Both the position numbers and the translations under genes were made by a program. The notes below the pieces were generated by a model. The model was given only the letters and a program-made list of their open reading frames with translations. It searched no databases and was not told the DNA's origin. From IMG/VR virus record IMGVR_UViG_3300025767_000004: a stretch of 64,000 nucleotides of DNA, one strand, 5' to 3'. Within the stretch, counting starts at the first letter, position 1, and each line of letters begins with the position of its first letter. This DNA is from an uncultured virus (IMG/VR IMGVR_UViG_3300025767_000004). Lineage: Duplodnaviria > Heunggongvirae > Uroviricota > Caudoviricetes. This document shows, in pieces, positions 9,205-18,854 of this stretch.

Positions 9205-9492
9205 CTATACCTTCATTAATTTCCTCATCTTTGGATTGAGGACCATATAACACACCTTAAAGACGGTGAGAATCAAAAATGACATAGCTAATCCCATTCT
9301 TAATAAACTTTCAGATTGAACAAAATCTTCAAGTATGAGGTACCAAGTACCTGCAATTGCCCCGTCTCCAACAAACATTAATAAGACCGCACCTAAACTA
9401 AACTCAGGAGGTAATAAGTCCATTAAAAATACAACCAATAAAAAGAACGGGATTAATAACATTAACGACCCTAAACCAATTAAAAATTCCAT
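9205..9492 (-). CDS. Hypothetical membrane protein (about 3 TM)
   Basis: Hydrophobic segments. Confidence 0.65.
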   Translation of the reverse strand: MEFLIGLGSLMLLIPFFLLVVFLMDLLPPEFSLGAVLLMFVGDGAIAGTWYLILEDFVQSESLLRMGLAMSFLILTVFKVCYMVLNPKMRKLMKV

Positions 9493-9595
9493 ACCTATAC
9501 TCGAGTTTTTCTTTTTTTGTTTTTCTTTTTTTCATTGTCTTCTCTCAACCACACATCTGACATATATAATATCCAATCAAACTTATGTCCCATCA

Positions 9596-9823
9596 TTAAC
9601 TACTCTTAGTGGTTAGTTTTTGATAGATGTATCTGGTCGCAAATATCAAGAACAATATCCCAACAATTGGATTATCTATTGCTCTCATTAAACCCCACGG
9701 TAAATCTTCAGGTGTTGAAGCATAACTCATACCAATCACTAAACCAATAGTTCCTGTGATAATTAAGTGAGCCACTTTAGCCAATACGAATGACAGTAAT
9801 CCTGTCCAAAATCCTTTTTCCAT
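9596..9823 (-). CDS. Hypothetical membrane protein (about 2 TM)
   Basis: Hydrophobic segments. Confidence 0.6.
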   Translation of the reverse strand: MEKGFWTGLLSFVLAKVAHLIITGTIGLVIGMSYASTPEDLPWGLMRAIDNPIVGILFLIFATRYIYQKLTTKSS

Positions 9824-9831
9824 TTTATTAT

Positions 9832-10455
9832 TTATTTAATCCAATCTTCCCATTCATCAAAGAACATACCGTCACTCTCAACCAACTTTAAACACTTGTC
9901 TAATAGATTATCTTGAGTCTCCGCTAAAGTTTCGTAAAACTCCATCTGAGTATCATCGTAGTCTTCATCGTCAAAATCCATATCTGCAGTTGGGTCTTCC
10001 AATGTTGTCTCTTCACCCCAAATACAACCCTCTAATACCATTTCTTCATTTTCATCTTCAGTCATTCTTGATTTGATTACTAACGCACCAACAGGGTCAA
10101 AACCTTCATCTTCATACTTCACTTCAATAACCACATTATTATCTAAAGGGAAACATAGTTCATATAAACGATAGAAAAATTGTCTTGGTGGATACCACGC
10201 TGACTCGATAGAGAACACCCCTTCATCTATTGAATCATATAATTGAGTCCACTTAGGTCCTAAATTTTCATACGACCAACTATTCATTACACTACCACCA
10301 TCTTCACTTAACTCTACGTTATCATAGAATGCCTTTGCAAATGCAACAATAGCATCTTCATCACTATCATTTACTTGGTCAACCAACGAATCAACTAACT
10401 TTACCACTTCTTCGTTACCCTTTACTTCAACGTAACTTTTTAAATTATTTGCCAT
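9832..10455 (-). CDS. Acidic protein, YubB/DUF1281-like ferredoxin-fold candidate (paralog 1)
   Basis: WSYENLGPKW...ESAWYPP...YEDEG; paralogous to 10473-11042. Confidence 0.5.
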   Translation of the reverse strand: MANNLKSYVEVKGNEEVVKLVDSLVDQVNDSDEDAIVAFAKAFYDNVELSEDGGSVMNSWSYENLGPKWTQLYDSIDEGVFSIESAWYPPRQFFYRLYELCFPLDNNVVIEVKYEDEGFDPVGALVIKSRMTEDENEEMVLEGCIWGEETTLEDPTADMDFDDEDYDDTQMEFYETLAETQDNLLDKCLKLVESDGMFFDEWEDWIK

Positions 10456-10472
10456 TTTATATTTTTTTTAAA

Positions 10473-11042
10473 TTAAACTTCTATTTTATTTCCTTCACCA
10501 CTCCAAACCGTATCGTGAGCGTAATTTAAAGAACCAATCATAATATCATCCAACTCTTCCATAAACTCCATCTGAGTATCTTCATAGTCTTCATCGTCAA
10601 AATCCATATCCTCAGTTGGGTCTTCAATGTCGTAATCCTCTGACATCGACCATGCAGGAACACCATTGTGGTCTTTTTTAACTACCAATCCACCGACTGG
10701 CTCGTATGACTCATCTTGGAACTTAACTAAGATTTCAACATTCGGGTCAATCTTAGATGCCAACTTATATAACTGTACCCAAAAATGTTCAGGAGTATAA
10801 CCTGCCGATGAAATATTCCATTCTCCACGGTCCATTTCATTTTCAACGTAAATCCACTTAGCACCTACATTATCAAATAACCAATCGTGTGGTACCCCTT
10901 TTTCGTAATCCGTTCCGTAAAACGTATTTACGAACGTATGAGTCTCTGCGTACCCACCCGCGTTTTTAAATAGGTTATCCATTGCTTCAATTACCTCGTC
11001 AGTACCATTAACTTCAAGGTAGTTTGTCATTGTATTCGCCAT
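10473..11042 (-). CDS. Acidic protein, YubB/DUF1281-like candidate (paralog 2)
   Basis: WLFDNVGAKW...SAGYTP...FQDES. Confidence 0.5.
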   Translation of the reverse strand: MANTMTNYLEVNGTDEVIEAMDNLFKNAGGYAETHTFVNTFYGTDYEKGVPHDWLFDNVGAKWIYVENEMDRGEWNISSAGYTPEHFWVQLYKLASKIDPNVEILVKFQDESYEPVGGLVVKKDHNGVPAWSMSEDYDIEDPTEDMDFDDEDYEDTQMEFMEELDDIMIGSLNYAHDTVWSGEGNKIEV

Positions 11043-11043
11043 C

Positions 11044-11244
11044 TTATTCTTCTTTTAATTCAGGCCACTCAGTGTCCTCTAACACTTTGTCGTTCACCAG
11101 TTCAAACTCAACATTATCAATGATATCTTGTTGTAAATCATCATCACCTGAGTTCCAATCTTTCAATTGTTGTTCTGTCAATTCCTCCCAAGTTTCTTCA
11201 TATCGTATTGTCGTAACAATAACTCTTCTTTCTAATTTTGCCAT
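11044..11244 (-). CDS. Small acidic hypothetical protein
   Basis: 66 aa, tightly packed operon. Confidence 0.65.
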   Translation of the reverse strand: MAKLERRVIVTTIRYEETWEELTEQQLKDWNSGDDDLQQDIIDNVEFELVNDKVLEDTEWPELKEE

Positions 11245-11258
11245 TATATCTTTATTTT

Positions 11259-11633
11259 TTAATATTCGTATTCACCGGTTTCACTCGCTTGGAAACCACC
11301 ATATTTTGTGTACTCTTCATCTGGCACACCTACTTGAATGAATGATTCCTCACCCTTGTTACGAGAATCATAGAACTCCTCCATATCGTAAACCTCTTCC
11401 ATACACAACTCATATACGGCGTCTTCACCATACACTTCTTTGTTAGTCTCGTTCTCATAGAACTCATATTCGTTATACACCTTGTTGTATAGGTATTGAA
11501 CCAATTCCTTATCAGAGTCTCCCTCATATGGTGGTTCACACTTACGAAGTGCCTCTACGTTAACCTCAATCGGTTCACTTGCCGCTGAGACTGTCCAAGT
11601 CTCTACTTTACGGACATAAACTTTTTCTGACAT
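11259..11633 (-). CDS. Acidic hypothetical protein
   Basis: 124 aa ORF. Confidence 0.65.
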   Translation of the reverse strand: MSEKVYVRKVETWTVSAASEPIEVNVEALRKCEPPYEGDSDKELVQYLYNKVYNEYEFYENETNKEVYGEDAVYELCMEEVYDMEEFYDSRNKGEESFIQVGVPDEEYTKYGGFQASETGEYEY

Positions 11634-11639
11634 AATACC

Positions 11640-11816
11640 TTAGTTTAAAATTCCTTTTCCTAAAACCATCGGTGAACCGTCTTTGTGTGTCGCCACCAAA
11701 AATATTGATTCTCTCTCCTCAATAATTGGGGTAACTCCTTTGAATACGTTAGGATAGTTTTTCTGTACATAAGCAGTAACTTGCTCCTCAACCTGTTTGT
11801 CAATTTTTTTCTCCAT
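11640..11816 (-). CDS. Hypothetical protein
   Basis: Start moved to MEKKIDK, downstream of a TACATTTG -7 box (11846-11853). Confidence 0.6.
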   Translation of the reverse strand: MEKKIDKQVEEQVTAYVQKNYPNVFKGVTPIIEERESIFLVATHKDGSPMVLGKGILN

Positions 11817-11886
11817 ATCTTTTATTATTTTTTTTAGATTCACTACAAATGTAAGACATTATATCTTATAAAAAAAAAGTATTTCT

Positions 11887-12120
11887 CTATTTCTTTAAAT
11901 TTTTTATTCTTCTTTCCAAATACCAAAGCGCCTTCTCTAAGTCCTGTACTGGTGGGTTACCATCTTTCTTACCCTTTCTACCAATATATTTAATGACATT
12001 GAATAGGTAAGCATCTTCATCTAATCCCCACGCTTCCGCAACTTTAACAACCTCATATGGGTTCTCTTCTCCCCCGTAATGTTCAGGGTGTTTTACCATT
12101 TCATTATTACCTTCTTCCAT
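11887..12120 (-). CDS. DUF3310 family phage protein
   Basis: VKHPEHY...NVIKYIGR...DLEKALWYL. Confidence 0.85.
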   Translation of the reverse strand: MEEGNNEMVKHPEHYGGEENPYEVVKVAEAWGLDEDAYLFNVIKYIGRKGKKDGNPPVQDLEKALWYLERRIKNLKK

Positions 12121-12135
12121 TCCTATACTATAACT

Positions 12136-12273
12136 TTATAATCCGATTATAATTTCCCACTTCAACCAACCAATGATTAATTCTATATCACCATTAAGTA
12201 GTCTATCGTGGGTTAGTTTAATAAATGGTGTCACATATATTTGACCCCATACTTCACATTTTGTTATTTTCAT
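12136..12273 (-). CDS. Small hypothetical protein; not in ORF track
   Basis: 45 aa MKITKCEVWGQIYVTPFIKLTHDR... filling the operon gap. Confidence 0.5.
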   Translation of the reverse strand: MKITKCEVWGQIYVTPFIKLTHDRLLNGDIELIIGWLKWEIIIGL

Positions 12274-12275
12274 AT

Positions 12276-12869
12276 CTATACTATCATTGAATTAGCAAAG
12301 TTTATACTCAATACCAACGAAGTGATTAATATCTTCATACCAATCGCAATCAGTATAATACCAAAAACTCTTTCCATTATTGTAATACCCACAACTCCCA
12401 ACTTATTCTGAATCCACGATGCCGATTTTAAGAATACATAGATAACCATCGCATTTAGTACGATACCAATAATAATAACCAAATCATTCATATCCTGAGT
12501 CAATGACATAATTGTTGATAACGTACCTGGACCTGCAATGATTGGGAACGCAATTGGGAATATCGTCGCAGGCATCGGTTGAGACTTATCTTGCTCATCA
12601 ATACCTAAAACCATTTTAACACCAAAGTAAAGTAGTAACATCGCCCCCGCCAATGCGAAATGAAATGTTTCAATACCTAACAAAGTAAACAGGGTCTTAC
12701 CAACAAATAACATAGTCACCATTATACATACTGATATAACTGTCGCCTTAAGCGATTCAATCTCACCATTCTCTTTCCTTAATCGTATAATCAAAGGAAC
12801 ATTCCCCGGCATATCTATCACCGCAAACAATGTCAAAAATACTGTCAGTATGTTTAATACAATTTCCAT
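12276..12869 (-). CDS. MarC family inner-membrane protein
   Basis: LFAVIDMPGNVP, PIAFPIIAGPG, MERVFGIIL; about 6 TM. Confidence 0.9.
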   Translation of the reverse strand: MEIVLNILTVFLTLFAVIDMPGNVPLIIRLRKENGEIESLKATVISVCIMVTMLFVGKTLFTLLGIETFHFALAGAMLLLYFGVKMVLGIDEQDKSQPMPATIFPIAFPIIAGPGTLSTIMSLTQDMNDLVIIIGIVLNAMVIYVFLKSASWIQNKLGVVGITIMERVFGIILIAIGMKILITSLVLSINFANSMIV

Positions 12870-12870
12870 T

Positions 12871-14643
12871 TTACTTAATCCACATTTTTTCGTTAATAAC
12901 TAATATGTCAACATCACAACCGTTGTATAGGTTGAATGCATCTTCAGGGGTTTCAACAATCGGTTCCCCCGCTAAGTTCAGAGAAGTGTTAAGAATTACT
13001 GGTACTCCACTATGTTTCTCAAACGCACGTATTAAATCGTAGTATCTTTCATTGTCACTTCTTTCAACTGTCTGAATTCTTGCGGTACCATCAACGTGAG
13101 TTACCGAAGGAATCTTATCTGAAATCACATCACAAATCTTCAACATATACGGAGACTCACCTTTAAAGTCAAAGTACTCCTCAACATTTTCAATACAAAC
13201 TGCCGGTGCGAATGGTCTAAACCACTCTCTGTTCTTGATGTCAAAGTTAATATAATCTCTCATATTTTCCAAACATGGATTCGCAATAAAACTTCTATGA
13301 CCTAAGGCTCTCGGACCGAACTCAGAACCACCTTGGAACCAAGCGATTACCTTACCCTTATTTAAATGGTCTCCTAATACTTCGTAATCAATTAACTGAC
13401 CACCTTCAGGAGTATCGTACTCTTTACCTGTATAAACTACCTCACCGACCGTCTTAGTAACTCTATCGATGTCTAATATGTTATGCGTAACGTATAATGC
13501 ACAACCCACTGATAATCCGTCATCACCAGCTCCTGGATATGGAGACACCGTACTAAAGGATGTATTATGTTGTATCTTACCGTTTGTGGTACAGTTTAAG
13601 AACCCACCACCCGCAAGACATAGATTACCTCCATTATATCTTTTTGTTTCGTTATATAGTTTCTCAGCAAATCTAAAGATGGTATGTTCAAATATGTACT
13701 GAATAGTTGCCGCTGCATCCATAGCTTCTTGCGAATCAGAAGTTTCTTTGGTGAAATACTCTACGTTGAAGAAGTTATCCGACTCCATAATCTCACCAGG
13801 ATGTGGGTTAGTAATCACCTTACCAGTAACTTTCATAAATAATCTATACACCCATCTCCAATCATCACCACCATCATTTCTTTCCCAATACGATTTAGTG
13901 TATTCATCAATATCTTTTACAATATCAGGGTTTACCTTACCATAAGGAGCTAATCCCATAGTAGTTCCCGCTTTAAACAACCCAGGACCCAAACCTAACG
14001 TCTCTGTAAACATAGAGTACGCATGTGCGATATTAACACCAGGGTAGTATAGAGTTTCTAACTTATTCCCATAACCGTAACTAAACAATGAACATGCATA
14101 AGGGTCAGCCTCTGTTGAATCCAAAGTGAATATCGCAGCTTTGTCGTGGTTCGTTGTATAATAAGTCGACGCAGCATGTGCGTGATGGTGATTGATAAAC
14201 CAACCCGGAATAGTCACTCCGTAGATGTCCAAATTAATCTTAACATTCTCAACAGGTCTTTTAGTTGTTGGAGGACTTAGAAGAACTAAATCTTCAGTAA
14301 CCTGAAACCCTTTGTTTGGAACAAACTTATCTTTAATATCACCTTCTAAACTTAAGTTGAAACTATCTGAAAAGATACTTTTGTCCTCAACGTACATCTT
14401 AATGTCTTCAAAGTCATTTTTCCATTCACTACGATTCTCAAACCAATATGAGATACCCACATAATCAACATCATTTATCGTTAGTCCCGCTTCTCCCAAC
14501 ACATAATCCATCATTGGTTGTGTGATGTACCTATCTTTCTTAACTCTCGATAGTCTCTCTCTAGAAATTGCTGAGACTATTTTTCCATCGACCACCAAAC
14601 AAAGTGATGAGTCGTGATTTGGTGATATACCTAATACTACCAT
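12871..14643 (-). CDS. O-carbamoyltransferase (NodU/CmcH/TobZ family)
   Basis: HDSS, ERLSRVK, HHHAHAAS, GGGFLNC, GDDGLSVG, SEFGPRALGHRS, REWFRPFAP, HVDGTARIQTV, LNTSLN. Confidence 0.93.
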   Translation of the reverse strand: MVVLGISPNHDSSLCLVVDGKIVSAISRERLSRVKKDRYITQPMMDYVLGEAGLTINDVDYVGISYWFENRSEWKNDFEDIKMYVEDKSIFSDSFNLSLEGDIKDKFVPNKGFQVTEDLVLLSPPTTKRPVENVKINLDIYGVTIPGWFINHHHAHAASTYYTTNHDKAAIFTLDSTEADPYACSLFSYGYGNKLETLYYPGVNIAHAYSMFTETLGLGPGLFKAGTTMGLAPYGKVNPDIVKDIDEYTKSYWERNDGGDDWRWVYRLFMKVTGKVITNPHPGEIMESDNFFNVEYFTKETSDSQEAMDAAATIQYIFEHTIFRFAEKLYNETKRYNGGNLCLAGGGFLNCTTNGKIQHNTSFSTVSPYPGAGDDGLSVGCALYVTHNILDIDRVTKTVGEVVYTGKEYDTPEGGQLIDYEVLGDHLNKGKVIAWFQGGSEFGPRALGHRSFIANPCLENMRDYINFDIKNREWFRPFAPAVCIENVEEYFDFKGESPYMLKICDVISDKIPSVTHVDGTARIQTVERSDNERYYDLIRAFEKHSGVPVILNTSLNLAGEPIVETPEDAFNLYNGCDVDILVINEKMWIK

Positions 14644-14648
14644 ATTTA

Positions 14649-14879
14649 CTATTTTAATTTAACTGTTATATATCCAGGGTTATAAATGTCCCCTATTTCA
14701 TACTCCAAATTATAATCATCCAAAGTATCTGTTACTATTTCTTCCATCCTATCAGATAGTCCCGTTATTATCTCAACGGTATAAAAATTACTGAGTAATA
14801 CACTATTCATAAACTCATCCACTTTTCGAGGAACGTCTTTATGTCTCACACCGTGTAAGTCTAAAGAATCTCGTTTCAT
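14649..14879 (-). CDS. Stand-alone Smr domain protein
   Basis: LDLHG...EIITG...NPG. Confidence 0.75.
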   Translation of the reverse strand: MKRDSLDLHGVRHKDVPRKVDEFMNSVLLSNFYTVEIITGLSDRMEEIVTDTLDDYNLEYEIGDIYNPGYITVKLK

Positions 14880-14880
14880 C

Positions 14881-15744
14881 TTACTTATCCAATACCATTT
14901 CGACCTGAGCCATTTCAGCCTTAGTCTTATTTATCCTACCCTCAGATTGTTTAACATAGTTTTCTGACAATTCAATACCAACATATCTTCTGTTGTGTAC
15001 CATCGCAGCAACCGCCGTTGTTCCTGAACCTGAGAATGGGTCCATTACTATATCGTTCTGATACGATAATATCTTAATCGCTTTCACAGGAATGTCCATA
15101 GAGAACGTAGCCTTAGTCAACTGATTGGTGTCTGCAAAGTAACTCCACTGACCAAACACCAAACTCATAAACTCCTTTTTATCCTTATCGTCATACTCAA
15201 CCCTCTTCCTCATTCCTTCACCGTTGGTTTTTTCAACCATCTTTATCTCTGAAGGTGACCATTGAGGTTCTCCTTTAACTTTCTTTTTATAATCCTTTTT
15301 ATATCCTAAAATAACACACTCCTTTGGATTATAAATGTACGGAGCCGATGGACTCATCCAACTACCCCAAGCCGTTGTCTTACTTCTATGTGGTGAATCC
15401 TCATCTAAGTCAACCAACCCAAAAAATCCAAACCCTATCTCTTTCATTATTTGGTAGAACTCAGACGCAAAAAATATTCGACCACCTCTCTCTCTTACAT
15501 TGGTTTCGTAAGGGATATTAATTGCAACTCGACCGTCATCCTTAAGAGTATCATAAGCTCCCTGTAACCATTGACGAGTGAAGTCCCAATACTCTTCCAT
15601 CGACATCTCATCCATATGTGTGTCGTAATTGATGCCCACATTGTATGGTGGCGAGGTAATCATTAAGTCAACAGACTCATTAGGCATCTCTTTAAGTACG
15701 TCAATACAACTACCCTGAGTAATCTTATTTATATATTTCTCCAT
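14881..15744 (-). CDS. Site-specific DNA amino-methyltransferase, beta class (N4-C/N6-A)
   Basis: TSPPY precedes DPFSGSGTT and GIEL. Confidence 0.92.
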   Translation of the reverse strand: MEKYINKITQGSCIDVLKEMPNESVDLMITSPPYNVGINYDTHMDEMSMEEYWDFTRQWLQGAYDTLKDDGRVAINIPYETNVRERGGRIFFASEFYQIMKEIGFGFFGLVDLDEDSPHRSKTTAWGSWMSPSAPYIYNPKECVILGYKKDYKKKVKGEPQWSPSEIKMVEKTNGEGMRKRVEYDDKDKKEFMSLVFGQWSYFADTNQLTKATFSMDIPVKAIKILSYQNDIVMDPFSGSGTTAVAAMVHNRRYVGIELSENYVKQSEGRINKTKAEMAQVEMVLDK

Positions 15745-15884
15745 TCTATATTATCGTTTTAGTAAGTATAGAAAAAATAAATCGTAAAGTCCAGTAATGA
15801 CATAAAAAAAAAACACCCATTAGATTTCTCCAATGAGTGCTTAATCAATTTATTAGGAAATAAACTTAGGGACGGTAATAAATA

Positions 15885-16214
15885 CTACCTTAGTTCCATT
15901 TGTTTAACTTTTTCTATAAAAAGTTCAACATCATTAACAGACAACTTTGTCTGTATCGGTTCCCCATCAATTAATTCGATATCCCCCTGAACTTTATTAC
16001 ATAGAGCAACCTCAAAGGTACTCTTTATTCTATTGGTCCACACACTAAAGTCATTATCTATCAAAGCAATACGGTCATACTTATTTAAATCTCCGTAAGC
16101 TCCACCACCACTACATACCGATACGTACCAATTTTCATTGATGGGATAGATACCGTGAATACCTTTACCCTCTAACCTGTGTTCTTCAAATTTGATGTTA
16201 TTAAACTCTAACAT
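15885..16214 (-). CDS. Hypothetical protein
   Basis: 109 aa ORF. Confidence 0.6.
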   Translation of the reverse strand: MLEFNNIKFEEHRLEGKGIHGIYPINENWYVSVCSGGGAYGDLNKYDRIALIDNDFSVWTNRIKSTFEVALCNKVQGDIELIDGEPIQTKLSVNDVELFIEKVKQMELR

Positions 16215-16464
16215 AACTTACATCTCATTAGATAATATGTAAGTTAAGAACACAACAGTGTCAATATTAAAAGATACCATGTTTCCGAAAGATATAACCT
16301 GTTCATACATTTTAGAGTACATACCTACTTAAATTCTTTAACTTTTTCCAACCTCTTAGTTAGTTCCTTTATTAACTCACTACTACCACCACCAGATTTT
16401 GTCTTCTCATTCTGAATCGTATTTTCTAGTAGACCTATAATTTCTTTCTTTTTATTACTCATCC

Positions 16465-16644
16465 TTATTGTATTTTATTTTTAGATTTTATTTGTTTCCA
16501 TAGGTCTTCATATACATCACTCAACCTACCTTTGTATCCTCCGTCTTTAACCTTTCTAACCTCATCAATAAGATGACTTCTCAGACCTCTCTTATTGGCC
16601 TCAAATAATATTTCTTCAATATACTCCTCAGATGAAAATCCCAT
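16465..16644 (-). CDS. Small hypothetical protein; not in ORF track
   Basis: 59 aa MGFSSEEYIEEILFEANKRGLR... Confidence 0.55.
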   Translation of the reverse strand: MGFSSEEYIEEILFEANKRGLRSHLIDEVRKVKDGGYKGRLSDVYEDLWKQIKSKNKIQ

Positions 16645-16648
16645 ACCT

Positions 16649-17422
16649 TTATTTTGTTAATGTTGTTAATAAAAATTTAAATATCTTAGTGTAGTGCACA
16701 TCATAATTCTCACCACCCATTGGTATTACATTCGCACTGGTCGGACAAACTTCTAACATCCGTCTTACCTTTAAAGACTCCGCAATTGAATAGTATTCAT
16801 TTTGATTACCGATAAATAATGAACATCCCTTAATGATTTGAGCCGCATCCATATAATCTTTAGGTTTGATATGAATTAGATTGTTAACTTTTTCACTAAT
16901 TCTTTGGTATTCCAAATCATCACCAATGAATACAAACTTAACATCTGGAAAGTCATTGATAACCGACCAATCCACATTCTCATTTTGATATGACAATGAA
17001 CGAGATAAAACTACCTTACGATTATACCTCTCGTTTGATTTTAGATTAATACACGGTCTCTCAAATGGGACACTTAATCCCATCATTGTTGAAAAGTATC
17101 TAACAATAGACCCTGATTTATAATTGATTGGTTGTTCTCTGAAAATATCTAAGTCGACATTTATTTTTGTAGTATCCCCATCAAAGATTTTAACGTCATC
17201 GATGTAGTATTGATTCTTTAATAGATTCTTAAGTGAATCGACATCCTCTTTGATTAACATAAAAGGCCTATGTGAGTAACCCTCTGTAAATTTTTCCTTA
17301 TTATCCATACCCACCTGTAAGTGTAGTATTGCTTGAGTGTCGTTTAAGTCACACGCAGTTTTAATTGAAGGTAATGAATAGAATAAATCGCTTACCGTTC
17401 CTGAATGTTTAAAGTGAATCAT
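16649..17422 (-). CDS. Putative glycosyltransferase, GT9/heptosyltransferase-like
   Basis: FKHSGTVSDLFYSLP (HSGxxGD-like), VFIG, IIKGCSLFIGNQ. Confidence 0.55.
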   Translation of the reverse strand: MIHFKHSGTVSDLFYSLPSIKTACDLNDTQAILHLQVGMDNKEKFTEGYSHRPFMLIKEDVDSLKNLLKNQYYIDDVKIFDGDTTKINVDLDIFREQPINYKSGSIVRYFSTMMGLSVPFERPCINLKSNERYNRKVVLSRSLSYQNENVDWSVINDFPDVKFVFIGDDLEYQRISEKVNNLIHIKPKDYMDAAQIIKGCSLFIGNQNEYYSIAESLKVRRMLEVCPTSANVIPMGGENYDVHYTKIFKFLLTTLTK

Positions 17423-17462
17423 ATTGTTTTTTTTATCTATTACTAAAACATAATAAAATAAA

Positions 17463-17491
17463 AAAGGGGAGTCAATATTTGACTCCCCTTT
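17463..17491. terminator. Palindrome/terminator, copy of the 4691 element
   Basis: aaaggggagtcaa-tat-ttgactccccttt. Confidence 0.65.
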
Positions 17492-17511
17492 GGTAAATGT
17501 TTTTAAGTAAT

Positions 17512-17727
17512 TTAGATTATATCAGAATTCTCTAACATCCCTTTAATTATCTCACTATTCTTCGAGAAGAATATACCGAAACCGATACCTCCAATAAATG
17601 GATATCCACCTAAAAGAAATAAAGAACCTAAACCTAAAGCCACCATTGCGGTGAAACCCTTTGTTTTCGCAAAATCAACTGCCTTACCATACAGACCCTT
17701 TGCAATTTGAAAAAATGATTTTAACAT
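17512..17727 (-). CDS. Small membrane protein
   Basis: Gly-rich hydrophobic hairpin; TATTTATA motif at 17763-17770. Confidence 0.6.
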   Translation of the reverse strand: MLKSFFQIAKGLYGKAVDFAKTKGFTAMVALGLGSLFLLGGYPFIGGIGFGIFFSKNSEIIKGMLENSDII

Positions 17728-17872
17728 ACCTTTAAAATTATTAATTACGTTTATTACTCATATATAAATATCACCGAATACTAAAATAACTTTGTAGTAT
17801 CGATTTATTTTCTATCGATTTTAATAAACTTTAACTTAAAGTAGTTAAAATAATATATAATTGAGATAAAAT

Positions 17873-18292
17873 TTATTCTTCTGTCTCTTCTTCGTCCTCT
17901 TCACTCATCATCTTATCAACTAAAGCTGAACCTGCACCTGCAGCCGCTGCTCTACCTAATGACATAGCAATTGGATTTTCGTTTAATTCTTCTTCTGTCA
18001 TCCATCCTTCAGAGATTGAAGTGTCAGCACATTTCTTACCGTACGTCTCCATCATATCATTAACAGACTCACACATACCTTGGTAAGACTCTAAACATTC
18101 TTTACCTTCCATACATGCAATTTCGTACATCATAGAACCACAGTCCTCTAACATCTCCATTAATTTTGTTTTCTTCTCTTCTGATTCATTGATTGTGAAT
18201 TCAAATCTACCGAAATCTAATTTTTTAGGTGCCGAATCGTGTAAGTTTTTGATTCTATCTACCTCTTCTTGTAATAATCTTAAGTTTTTCAT
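17873..18292 (-). CDS. Acidic hypothetical protein, possibly virion-internal
   Basis: LQE/INE/LNE motifs; TATTTATA at 18309-18316. Confidence 0.55.
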   Translation of the reverse strand: MKNLRLLQEEVDRIKNLHDSAPKKLDFGRFEFTINESEEKKTKLMEMLEDCGSMMYEIACMEGKECLESYQGMCESVNDMMETYGKKCADTSISEGWMTEEELNENPIAMSLGRAAAAGAGSALVDKMMSEEDEEETEE

Positions 18293-18349
18293 AATAATTT
18301 TTTATATCTATAAATAGTTAAGGTTTTAAAAAAACCTCTCTAATTGGTA

Positions 18350-18691
18350 TTAATAACCAAATAATTTACCTAATAACTTATACCATACATCTTCAGATAC
18401 TGTTGTTTTTCTGAATGACCACATTCTTCTATCCGATAATTCTGAATAGTATCTAAGTAGTGGTGTTCTTAAGAATAGAAAATCACACTCATACGAAGTT
18501 TTTCTTACCTCAGCACCGTTAGGTAGTCTGAAGGTAACTTTAAGAAATGAGTAACTTCTTAATTTGTACTCAACCCTAAAAAAATCAAACCCCCATTCGT
18601 GGTGGTGATTGTGTAATAAGACTTCTAATAAAATTACAGACAAATTTAGTCTCCTAGTCTTCCAACTTATTTTTTGTAGTATCTTTTTCAT
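18350..18691 (-). CDS. Hypothetical protein
   Basis: 113 aa ORF. Confidence 0.6.
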   Translation of the reverse strand: MKKILQKISWKTRRLNLSVILLEVLLHNHHHEWGFDFFRVEYKLRSYSFLKVTFRLPNGAEVRKTSYECDFLFLRTPLLRYYSELSDRRMWSFRKTTVSEDVWYKLLGKLFGY

Positions 18692-18854
18692 AGTATGGAT
18701 TATTTCTATTGTATTTATTCTTACTAACGTTTTTCCTTAATGGTATATCAATATCGTAGGGGATAGTATTCTTCCTGTAAACCTTTGGTGTATGGTAGAA
18801 ACCACAGGAGGTAAACAAAAGACATACTAACCCTATCAATATCTTATTCATCAT
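18654..18854 (-). CDS. Putative lipoprotein
   Basis: MNKILIGLVCLLFTSC lipobox-like N-terminus. Confidence 0.55.
   Translation of the reverse strand: MMNKILIGLVCLLFTSCGFYHTPKVYRKNTIPYDIDIPLRKNVSKNKYNRNNPYYEKDTTKNKLED

Noticed and set aside
9023..9253. 76 aa ORF from the track
   Set aside because: It overlaps a promoter box and a better-supported 51 aa ORF (8998-9153) in another frame.
9937..10625. Diversity-generating retroelement TR/VR pair
   Set aside because: Mismatches are not adenine-specific, both copies are coding, and there is no reverse transcriptase in the window.
15745..17872. tRNA or structured ncRNA in the longer intergenic gaps
   Set aside because: No cloverleaf or T-loop motif seen, only AT-rich DNA, short hairpins and small ORFs; a covariance search was not possible.
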